From positions 273-24,272 of the forward strand of contig JBMNFC010000009.1 of the NCBI GenBank assembly GCA_050949105.1: a stretch of 24,000 bases of DNA. The letters run 5' to 3'. Within the stretch, counting starts at the first letter, position 1. Each line of letters begins with the position of its first letter. This DNA is from Acholeplasmatales bacterium. GTDB lineage: Bacteria > Bacillota_I > Bacilli_A > Acholeplasmatales > UBA5453. The notes beneath the pieces are model-generated. The model was not told the DNA's origin. It searched no databases and saw nothing but the letters and a program-made list of their open reading frames with translations. Shown here piece by piece: positions 6,872-14,950 of the stretch. Made by a program: the position numbers and the translations under genes.

Positions 6872-8683
6872 GTGATTTATGTGGAGACATTAGTAATTGT
6901 TGAATCCCCAACTAAAGCAAAAACAATTAAAAATTATTTGCCAAAAGTAGAAGTTTTAGCTTCTAATGGCCACATTAGAGATTTAACGACTAAGGGGAAA
7001 TTTGGTTATGGTGTTTCTACTGATACATTCGTACCAAGTTATGAAATAATTAAAGAAAAATATGGTGTTGTAAGTAAATTAAAGCGTGCCGCTAAAGGTA
7101 AAAAAGTCTTGCTAGCGACAGACCCAGATAGAGAAGGGGAAGCGATTAGTTGGCATTTGGCGAATATTTTAGATTTAGATTTAAATGAAAATAACCGAAT
7201 TTATTTTAACGAAATTACCAAACCAGCGATACTAGAGGCATTTAATAATCCTAGAAAGATTGACCTTGATTTAGTTGACTCTCAAGAATCAAGACGAATC
7301 TTAGATAGAATCATTGGTTTTGATTTATCTAAATTAGTTCAAAGAAAACTTTATTCTAAGAGTGCAGGAAGAGTTCAAAGTGTCGCCTTAAAAATAATCA
7401 TTGATCGTGAAAAAGAAATAATGGCATTTATTCCAGAAGCGTATTATTTAATTTTTGCTCGTTTTGGTGATACTATATTTGATTATGTTAAAAATCAAAG
7501 AAGATCTTTAAAAAATTTAAATGAGGCGGAAAAAATCTTAAAAGAATTACATAGAGAATTTACAGTTAAAGATATTAGCATAAAAGAAGCGAAACGTTAT
7601 TCAGCCTATCCTTATACAACCTCAAAACTCCAACAAGAAGGTATTACACGCCTAAGAGTAGGAGCCTCAAGTGTGATGAATATTGCTCAAAAACTTTATG
7701 AAGGAATTTTAATAAAAAATGAGACTGTTGGGTTAATTACTTATATGAGAACTGACTCAACGAGACTATCACCAATATTTGTAAGAGAAACATATAATTA
7801 CATTGAAGATAAATATGGTAGTGAGTATGTCGGAAAATTAAGAATAAGTAAAAGTAAACAATCTCAAGATGCTCATGAGGCAATTAGACCAACATCTATC
7901 CATAGAACTCCTGAAAGTGTTAAGCCTTACCTAGATGAAAAATCTTATCTATTATATAAGATGATATATGACAAGACATTAGCTTTTTTAATGAAAGAAG
8001 GAATTGATGAAGTTAAAGAAGTAACGATAACTTCCAATGGCCATGATTTTAATAAAACATTTAATAAGGTAGTTTTTGATGGTTATAGAAAACTAAATAA
8101 TAATGAAGAAGAAACGTACTTTAATGGTAAAGTAGGTGACATGTTAATAGCGGATAAGATTTATAAAGAAAATAAACAAACAGAGCCTAAAAAGAGATTT
8201 AGTGAACCTACCTTAATTGAAGAGCTAGAGCGTCTTGGTATTGGCAGACCCTCAACTTATGCCGATACCACAAGAAAAATCATTAATTCAGGTTATGTAA
8301 GAAGATTAAAAGGTTATTATCATCCTACCCCTCAAGGTTTACTAACAGAAAAGAATTTAGGTAAATATTTTGATTCATTTATTAACACGGAATATACTTC
8401 AAATATGGAAGAAGAGTTAGATTTAATTGCATCAGGTGAATTATCCAAAGAAAAAATGTTAAAAAACTTTTATAAAACATTTAAACCCCTTGTTGAACAC
8501 GCAAGTAAAGAAATGCCTTTTCAACCAATTAAAAAAGAAGTTGAGTATGTTGAAGAAAAGTGTCCAAAATGCGGAAAAGAGCTTGTCTATAGGATAAACA
8601 AAAAAGGCGAAAAATTTATTGCTTGTAGTGGTTTTACAAGTAAGCCTAGATGTACGTATACAAGAAATATTGAAGATAATTAA
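6872..8683 (+). CDS. topA: DNA topoisomerase I (type IA)
   Basis: TOPRIM motifs VIVESPTKAKTI and DPDREGE, active-site ITYMRTDSTR, C-terminal C4 zinc ribbon CPKCG...CSGF..C. The true start may be GTG 6881, 10 nt after AAAGGA at 6865-6870. Confidence 0.93.
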   Translation: MIYVETLVIVESPTKAKTIKNYLPKVEVLASNGHIRDLTTKGKFGYGVSTDTFVPSYEIIKEKYGVVSKLKRAAKGKKVLLATDPDREGEAISWHLANILDLDLNENNRIYFNEITKPAILEAFNNPRKIDLDLVDSQESRRILDRIIGFDLSKLVQRKLYSKSAGRVQSVALKIIIDREKEIMAFIPEAYYLIFARFGDTIFDYVKNQRRSLKNLNEAEKILKELHREFTVKDISIKEAKRYSAYPYTTSKLQQEGITRLRVGASSVMNIAQKLYEGILIKNETVGLITYMRTDSTRLSPIFVRETYNYIEDKYGSEYVGKLRISKSKQSQDAHEAIRPTSIHRTPESVKPYLDEKSYLLYKMIYDKTLAFLMKEGIDEVKEVTITSNGHDFNKTFNKVVFDGYRKLNNNEEETYFNGKVGDMLIADKIYKENKQTEPKKRFSEPTLIEELERLGIGRPSTYADTTRKIINSGYVRRLKGYYHPTPQGLLTEKNLGKYFDSFINTEYTSNMEEELDLIASGELSKEKMLKNFYKTFKPLVEHASKEMPFQPIKKEVEYVEEKCPKCGKELVYRINKKGEKFIACSGFTSKPRCTYTRNIEDN

Positions 8684-8710
8684 AAAAACTCAAGCAAATT
8701 TGATATGATG

Positions 8711-8781
8711 ACTCCAAAGTTTAATTATGTGTAGAACCTTGAATTTAACAAAAATCAGGGGCATAAACTTTGGAGTTTTTT
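8711..8781 (+). terminator. long-loop hairpin plus T-run after topA
   Basis: Perfect 12-bp stem ACTCCAAAGTTT (8711-8722) / AAACTTTGGAGT (8765-8776), followed by TTTTTT. The loop is 42 nt. Confidence 0.5.
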
Positions 8782-8930
8782 ATACAAAAAGACATAATGA
8801 ATTAAAGTCATGAATTGATGATTAATTTTTATGTTTTGCAGTATTTTTTTTAATGTAGATAAACTAACTTTTTCTTAATTTAAATTAAACGAAAACAACA
8901 TTTTCAGTTATAAAAATTATAAATAATTAT

Positions 8931-8958
8931 TTAAAAACACTTACATTTACTGTATAAT
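8931..8958 (+). promoter_or_regulatory. candidate promoter of the lipoprotein gene (TTTAAA-16 bp-TATAAT)
   Basis: Consensus -10 TATAAT at 8953-8958 and a weak -35 at 8931-8936. It lies 48 nt upstream of GTG 9006. Confidence 0.4.
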
Positions 8959-8962
8959 GAGG

Positions 8963-8980
8963 TTGTAATTGTAATTACAA
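8963..8980. promoter_or_regulatory. inverted repeat TTGTAATT-gt-AATTACAA (candidate operator)
   Basis: Perfect 8-bp arms read directly from the sequence, located between the -10 (8953-8958) and the SD AGGAGG (8991-8996). Confidence 0.35.
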
Positions 8981-9005
8981 AACTTGAAAAAGGAGGTTTT
9001 TTCTT

Positions 9006-12000
9006 GTGAGATTTAAAAAGACGCTAAAATTATTAACATTAATTTCGTTTTTATTATTAGTACTTGTTGGTTGTGGAAAGACTGAGAACAATGAAAATAA
9101 TAAAGAAGATAAAGCAGGAGCTAAAATCTACTTAAAAGATGTAGAGGCAGATGTCGATATTGAGATTCCAATTGTAAAAGAAGGACCATTAGGTAAATCT
9201 GAATTGATGCCGATTCCTAAAATTAATGGGTATTTATTTGTTGGAACAGATGATTTTATTATTATTGAATATGCCCAACCATTTAGTACTTATTATCTTC
9301 CATACATAAAACTTGATGATATTAGACCTAATGAAGGTAGGATTATATTTAAGTTCGTTGATGATGATAACATAATGTTTGATTTTGTTCAAATTAAAGG
9401 TGAAGTTGGAACAAATTATAAATATGTAAATGAATATGTAAATAATGGGCTTAATTTAGTTGATCATAGTCAAAAAATAATTAATGTTACATTTGAAAGT
9501 GATGTTCAAATAATTATAGTAAGATATACTGAAAAAACAGCTGTATACTTTGCTCATGAATATAAAGTTAACTACTTAGAAAGGAATACTAATAAAGTTT
9601 TACACGAAACTAAGATAGGCGAGCATTATGCTGGACCATTAGAATTAGGTAAACATCCAGTAATTCCGGGTTATAAATTAGTGACTAACGAGACAATAAT
9701 AGAAATTACGGCCAATAACTCAGCCAATGTGTTAAATGTATACTATATTAAAGATGATAATCAATGGGTAACTATCGCATTTGAATCGGGATTAAATGCG
9801 ACATTTACTGGTTCAACACCAACTTCATATGAAGTAATTAAGAATCATCCGTTAAACGGAGCTAACCAACCCCAAATTAAATTACCAACAATTACTCCAA
9901 ATTCTGGATATATGCTCAATCCAAATGGAAATTGGTCACCAACATTATTAGCATTTGAAACTGATGAAGAAGTTTCAGAAGACATAACATTTTATGCTCA
10001 AGTAGTGGTAAATGAAGAGAAAAAATTTAATTATACAGTTTATTATTTAAATTTATCTTTTGGAAATGTCCATCCAAATAAAACAGGAACACATCATGTT
10101 GGATTATTAGATTTAGGTGAACATCCAGAAATTGCGGGTTTTATATGCACAACTGATGAAACAACATTAGAAATTACAGCTGATGAACATGCAAATGTAT
10201 TACGTGTTTATTATGAAAAAGATGATGAGCAATGGGCTACAATTACATTTTCACCGGGATCAAACGCTAGAACAGAAGGTCCTGCAGTTTATGAAGTAAT
10301 TAAGAACCATCCATTTAATGGTGCAAACCAACGAGAAATTATTCCACCATCACTATTTCCATATCTTGGATATATGATTGATCCAGCCGAAACCTGGTCT
10401 CCAGCATTCAAAGTTGATGGAACAGTTGAAGGAGATGTGACATTTGTTGCCCGAATAATTCCAAATGAAAGCCTTAAGTATGGGTATGTGGTTAACTACT
10501 TAGAAAAAGACAAACCTAATAACGTGTTATATAATAAGTTAACAGGAATGCATCATGTTGGAACATTAGATTTAGGTGAACATCCAGTAATTCCAGGTTA
10601 TAAGCTAGTAACAACTGAAACAACAATAGAAATTACAGTTCATGAATATCAAAATGGATTAAATGTTTATTATGAAAAAGATCCAACCAAGTGGGCTAAG
10701 ATTACATTTAGACAAGGTGCTAATGCAACAGTAGCTGAAACACAATTTGAGGTGATAGTAAATCATCCACTTAATGGTGCAAATCAACCTACTATTACAC
10801 CACCAGCAATTACTCCAAATTATGGTTACAAAGTATCAACTCAACCTTGGGGTTCAGTATATAGTGCAAATCTCCAAATAAGTGAAGCTACAACATTTAC
10901 CTCTAATGTAGTTGTAGATCAATTAGTAAAAACATTTACAGGGACAGTTAAATATCAAATTGAAGGTAAAGAAACTGTAGAAGAAACTAAAACGGTTAAT
11001 GGATATATTAATGAACTAGTGACCATACCAGCACATGCGGTATCTGGATATAAAGTTAAAGCATCACAACCTACTCATATTACAATACTAGAAGATGGTA
11101 GTGCAGTAAAAACAGTTTTATATGAAAAAGATCCAACCAAGTGGGCAAAGATTACATTTAGACAAGGGGCTAATGCAACAGTAGTTGAAACACAATTTGA
11201 GGTAATAGTAAATCATCCACTTAATGGTGCAAATCAACCTACTATTACACCACCAGCAATTACTCCAAATTATGGTTACAAAGTATCAACTCAACCTTGG
11301 GGTTCAGCATATAGTGCAAATCTCCAAATAAGTGAAGCTACAACATTTACCTCTAATGTAGTTGTAGATCAATTAGTAAAAACATTTACAGGGACAGTTA
11401 AATATCAAATTGAAGGTAAAGAAACTGTAGAAGAAACTAAAACGGTTAATGGATATATTAATGAACTAGTGACCATACCAGCACATGCGGTATCTGGATA
11501 TAAAGTTAAAGCATCACAACCTACTCATATTACAATACTAGAAGATGGTAGTGCAGTAAAAACAGTTTTATATGAAAAAGATCCAACCAAGTGGGCAAAG
11601 ATTACATTTAGACAAGGGGCTAATGCAACAGTAGTTGAAACACAATTTGAGGTGATAGTAAATCATCCACTTAATGGTGCAAATCAACCTACTATTAAAC
11701 CACCAGCAATTACTCCAGATTTAGGATATATGCTCAATCCAAATGAAGAAGATTGGTCACCAACATTTGAAGTTGCTGGACAAGTTACAGGACAACAAAT
11801 ATTTTATTCTCAAGTAGTACCTAATCCAGTATACTGGCGCGATGTTACTATTAAATATATAGGTCAAGATTTAAGTGGTTACTACACTACGGAATTGAAT
11901 ACTCACATTATTAGTGGAATTATTGGTAAAAATATAAATATTCCTAAAAAAGGTTTTACAGGTTTTTCTTATGAGTCAACTAACCCAACTACATATAAAG

Positions 12001-13391
12001 TTACTAGTGAAACTAATCAAGAAGTAACGGTTAAATATTCAAGAAGAAAAAACGCTATTTACTATTTAACTGAGGGAGGTCAACCAGTTCCAAGTCCTAC
12101 ATATAATGTCTATTATGGTGAGGAAGTTGTTGATGTATTTTATTTAGATTGTGAACCTAAAAAAACCGGTTATGTATTAACATGCTGGAATATTGGTGAT
12201 ACAGGACAACCATTAAAAGCAGGATATAAGATGCCAGATAATTTTATTAACTTAAAAGCTCAGTGGCAAGCAAACAGTTATACAATAGTATTTGATGGAA
12301 ATGGTGGTTCTGGTTCTATGCAAAATCAAACACTCACATATGACCAACAAATAGCATTAAACAAAAACCAATATTATAAAAATGAACATGACTTTATGGG
12401 GTGGTCTATTACACCTGGCGGTATAGCACAATATATTGATGAAGAAGTAGTAGCCGGCCTTGTAGAAAGCGGAACAATTACATTGTATGCGGTTTGGGAA
12501 TGGTGGGGTAGAAAGATAACATTTAATTTAAATGGTGGTAGTTTACCTGATGGAATTACTGAAATATATGTTAAAGATGCAAATTTCCCTTATGTCTTAC
12601 CATGGCCAACTAAAACACAAGGAGATGCCAATTTAGAATTCTTAGGTTGGTATTCAACAAATGACACTTCAGGAACTAAGTATAAGGTATTAAGTGTTAC
12701 TGAAGACTATACTTTATACGCTATATGGGGGGATGAGTGTTATTATATAGGCGAATATCCACAATCACTAATGGAAGATGCGGCACTAATAACAAAATTA
12801 GATCAGATAACACCTGAAGTATCAAGTAAAGAGTTATTTACATCAGGAGTTGAATCATATATTGAAGAATGGAAAACAGTTACTTATGGTGGGTATAAAT
12901 TTGAAAAAATGGGGGACAATTATTTTAAATATGAACCGATTGCGTTCTGTAAAGTAGCAGAAGATGGAACATTATATTCTAAATATATATTGGATTACTC
13001 AACTTTCGATAACGGTTTAGCAAATTCAAATAATTTTGACACTAGTTATGTTAAACAATATCTAAATGAAGTAATTAAGATTAAAGCAGGATTGACAACA
13101 ACATTAGGATTATTGTCAAAAGAACAACTATTGAATCCGATTAATTTTGCTAATGATGATGCAAGAAAAGCTACGCAAACAGATTATGCAAGAATAGCGA
13201 TATATCCAAATCGAAGAAGCAATCTACCTTGGGCTGGTGATACTAATTACATGAATCAATATTGGACAAATACCGCAGTATCAGGTGAAAATTATCGTGT
13301 CCATTATGTCAGTTGGGTAGGAGGGCATTTATCAGGCTGGGGTCTTGGTACTAATGGCGTAGTAGGTCTTCGTATTACTCTTAGTGATTAA
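9006..13391 (+). CDS. giant modular surface lipoprotein (1,461 aa): lipobox signal peptide, alternating MucBP-like and beta-repeat modules, three Listeria-Bacteroides (InlB B-repeat) type repeats, C-terminal globular domain
   Basis: GTG start 9 nt after AGGAGG. Signal peptide MRFKKTLKLLTLISFLLLVLVGC with lipobox LVGC (9063-9074). MucBP-like modules recur, e.g. YKVNYLE...IPGYKLV...NVYYIKD. Modules of the form WxxITFxxGxNAT...NHPLNGANQP...TPxxGY also recur. Flg_new-like units occur at about 12051-12732 (YTIVFDGNGGSG...GWS...TLYAVWE). The C-terminal domain ends YWTNTAVSG...GVVGLRITLSD. Confidence 0.9.
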   Translation: MRFKKTLKLLTLISFLLLVLVGCGKTENNENNKEDKAGAKIYLKDVEADVDIEIPIVKEGPLGKSELMPIPKINGYLFVGTDDFIIIEYAQPFSTYYLPYIKLDDIRPNEGRIIFKFVDDDNIMFDFVQIKGEVGTNYKYVNEYVNNGLNLVDHSQKIINVTFESDVQIIIVRYTEKTAVYFAHEYKVNYLERNTNKVLHETKIGEHYAGPLELGKHPVIPGYKLVTNETIIEITANNSANVLNVYYIKDDNQWVTIAFESGLNATFTGSTPTSYEVIKNHPLNGANQPQIKLPTITPNSGYMLNPNGNWSPTLLAFETDEEVSEDITFYAQVVVNEEKKFNYTVYYLNLSFGNVHPNKTGTHHVGLLDLGEHPEIAGFICTTDETTLEITADEHANVLRVYYEKDDEQWATITFSPGSNARTEGPAVYEVIKNHPFNGANQREIIPPSLFPYLGYMIDPAETWSPAFKVDGTVEGDVTFVARIIPNESLKYGYVVNYLEKDKPNNVLYNKLTGMHHVGTLDLGEHPVIPGYKLVTTETTIEITVHEYQNGLNVYYEKDPTKWAKITFRQGANATVAETQFEVIVNHPLNGANQPTITPPAITPNYGYKVSTQPWGSVYSANLQISEATTFTSNVVVDQLVKTFTGTVKYQIEGKETVEETKTVNGYINELVTIPAHAVSGYKVKASQPTHITILEDGSAVKTVLYEKDPTKWAKITFRQGANATVVETQFEVIVNHPLNGANQPTITPPAITPNYGYKVSTQPWGSAYSANLQISEATTFTSNVVVDQLVKTFTGTVKYQIEGKETVEETKTVNGYINELVTIPAHAVSGYKVKASQPTHITILEDGSAVKTVLYEKDPTKWAKITFRQGANATVVETQFEVIVNHPLNGANQPTIKPPAITPDLGYMLNPNEEDWSPTFEVAGQVTGQQIFYSQVVPNPVYWRDVTIKYIGQDLSGYYTTELNTHIISGIIGKNINIPKKGFTGFSYESTNPTTYKVTSETNQEVTVKYSRRKNAIYYLTEGGQPVPSPTYNVYYGEEVVDVFYLDCEPKKTGYVLTCWNIGDTGQPLKAGYKMPDNFINLKAQWQANSYTIVFDGNGGSGSMQNQTLTYDQQIALNKNQYYKNEHDFMGWSITPGGIAQYIDEEVVAGLVESGTITLYAVWEWWGRKITFNLNGGSLPDGITEIYVKDANFPYVLPWPTKTQGDANLEFLGWYSTNDTSGTKYKVLSVTEDYTLYAIWGDECYYIGEYPQSLMEDAALITKLDQITPEVSSKELFTSGVESYIEEWKTVTYGGYKFEKMGDNYFKYEPIAFCKVAEDGTLYSKYILDYSTFDNGLANSNNFDTSYVKQYLNEVIKIKAGLTTTLGLLSKEQLLNPINFANDDARKATQTDYARIAIYPNRRSNLPWAGDTNYMNQYWTNTAVSGENYRVHYVSWVGGHLSGWGLGTNGVVGLRITLSD
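10671..11716 (+). repeat. in-frame tandem duplication, 450-bp unit, about 2.3 copies
   Basis: Unit boundaries at 10681, 11131 and 11581. Copies 1 and 2 differ at only 5 positions (10697, 10718, 10735, 10754, 10858). The third copy diverges after about 11716. Confidence 0.9.
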
Positions 13392-13527
13392 TTGTTTTCA
13401 CTTTTAAAACAATCAAAAACAAAGAGCGTTGTGATTGATAAAAAGATAAGAATTTTATTTATAGATAATTTTCATTATGATGTGAACGCTCAAATATGGA
13501 CTAATTTAATATTTATATAATTTAAAT

Positions 13528-13576
13528 GGCTTGTTGCCTGTATTGTACAGATGACAAGCCGTTTAATTTTTATTTT
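13528..13576 (+). terminator. rho-independent terminator downstream of the lipoprotein gene
   Basis: Stem GGCTTGT..CTGTA (13528-13542) / TACAG..ACAAGCC (13546-13560) with a small internal loop, followed by the T-rich GTTTAATTTTTATTTT. Confidence 0.55.
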
Positions 13577-13649
13577 ATTTAAATTGTTTATTTGACAAGA
13601 AGCAGTTAAATTGCGTGGAATTTTATTTTTTAAAATAATATCTCGATTA

Positions 13650-13658
13650 TGATATAAT
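13650..13658 (+). promoter_or_regulatory. extended -10 promoter element TGaTATAAT upstream of ftsY
   Basis: tgatataat at 13650-13658. SD AAGGTGA at 13662-13668 and ATG at 13675 follow. Confidence 0.45.
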
Positions 13659-13674
13659 ATTTAAGGTGATTTAA

Positions 13675-14631
13675 ATGGGATTTTTTAAGATATTTAAAAG
13701 AAAGAAAAATGATAAATATAAATTAGGACTTCATAAGACAAGAGAGTCATTAGGAACTTTAACAGAAATTTTAGAGCGTAGTGATAGTATTACTGATGAT
13801 TTATATGACCAAATTGAAGAAGTTTTAATTATGGCTGATATTGGTGTTGAAGTAACGCTTAAATTTATGGAAATTTTAAGACGTGAACAAATTGCTAAAA
13901 ATATTAAAGATCCAAATGAATTAAAAGAAATTATCGTTGATGAAATGTTTAATATTTACTTAGAAGGTGAAGTTGTTAAAAGTGGTATTGACTATAATAA
14001 AGATGATATAAATGTATATATGTTTGTTGGAGTTAATGGAACTGGTAAAACAACATCTATTGGTAAACTTGCGTATATCTTTAAAAAAGATAAGAAAAAA
14101 GTTTTATTAATTGCCGCAGATACCTTTAGAGCTGGAGCAATTGACCAACTTAAAATTTGGGCTGATAGAGCGAAAGTAGACATTTTTTATAAGGAACAAG
14201 GTACAGATCCTTCAAGTGTAATTTATGATGGGCTAATGCTTGCGAAAAAGGAAAACTTTGATGTAGTATTAATTGATACTGCCGGGAGATTACACAATAA
14301 AGTTCAGTTAATGAATGAATTATCTAAAATGAGAAGAGTTATTGAAAAGGTTATTAGTATTGGACCTAAAGAAACTTTACTTGTGATTGATGCGACAACT
14401 GGACAAAACGGCATTAAACAAGCGGAAATCTTTAAAGAAGCAACTGATGTTACTGGAGTTGTCTTAACTAAGTTAGATGGTTCTTCAAAAGGGGGAATTG
14501 TCTTATCAATTAAACATTTATATAACTTACCAATTAAATATGTTGGTTTAGGTGAGAAAATAGAAGATTTAGTTTTATTTGATATTGAAGAATATATTTA
14601 CGGATTATTTAGTGATTTCTTTGGTGAATAG
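13675..14631 (+). CDS. ftsY: signal recognition particle receptor FtsY
   Basis: SRP-GTPase NG domain: GVNGTGKTTSIGKLA, DTAGRLHN, TKLDGSSKGG. Conserved ftsY-ylxM-ffh order. Confidence 0.93.
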   Translation: MGFFKIFKRKKNDKYKLGLHKTRESLGTLTEILERSDSITDDLYDQIEEVLIMADIGVEVTLKFMEILRREQIAKNIKDPNELKEIIVDEMFNIYLEGEVVKSGIDYNKDDINVYMFVGVNGTGKTTSIGKLAYIFKKDKKKVLLIAADTFRAGAIDQLKIWADRAKVDIFYKEQGTDPSSVIYDGLMLAKKENFDVVLIDTAGRLHNKVQLMNELSKMRRVIEKVISIGPKETLLVIDATTGQNGIKQAEIFKEATDVTGVVLTKLDGSSKGGIVLSIKHLYNLPIKYVGLGEKIEDLVLFDIEEYIYGLFSDFFGE

Positions 14632-14632
14632 T

Positions 14633-14950
14633 ATGTTAGAAAAAACAAATCATTTAAGTAGGTTATTTGATTTTTATCATAAATTACTTACAGACAAACA
14701 AAAAGATTATTTTATTATGTATTATCATAAGGATTATTCTTTACAAGAAATAGCCTCTTTTTACAATGTCTCAAGAAATGCGATTTATGATCAACTTAAA
14801 ATTACAGAAGAAAAGTTACTAGAATTTGAAGAAAAGTTACAGTTATTAGAAAAATCATTAAAGAAAGAAGAACTAATTAATGAATATCTAAAAACTAATA
14901 ATAAAGAACTATTAAAAAAGTTATTAGAAATGGATGAGTACTATGTTTGA
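14633..14950 (+). CDS. ylxM: YlxM/UPF0122 small HTH protein (SRP operon component)
   Basis: LLTDKQKDYFIMYYHKDYSLQEIASFYNVSRNAIYDQLK matches the YlxM sigma-70 region-4-like HTH. ATG 14633 follows GGTGA at 14623-14627, directly after the ftsY stop. The track start at 14579 lies inside ftsY. Confidence 0.85.
   Translation: MLEKTNHLSRLFDFYHKLLTDKQKDYFIMYYHKDYSLQEIASFYNVSRNAIYDQLKITEEKLLEFEEKLQLLEKSLKKEELINEYLKTNNKELLKKLLEMDEYYV

Noticed and set aside
10671-11716. Possible CRISPR array or non-coding satellite suggested by the near-identical repeats.
   Set aside because: The repeat unit is 450 bp with no spacers. It lies in-frame inside a continuous 1,461-aa ORF and encodes recognisable protein modules.
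13396-13493. AT-only hairpin ATTGTTTT/AAAACAAT (13393-13415) and 7-bp arms GAGCGTT/AACGCTC about 55 nt apart after the lipoprotein gene.
   Set aside because: The first is weak and lacks a T-run, and the second has arms too far apart for a confident structure. The GC-containing hairpin at 13528-13560 is the more credible terminator.
13592-13597. Perfect TTGACA -35 hexamer upstream of ftsY.
   Set aside because: No acceptable -10 lies 16-18 bp downstream (13615-13620 is GTGGAA). The TGaTATAAT at 13650-13658 is the better promoter candidate.
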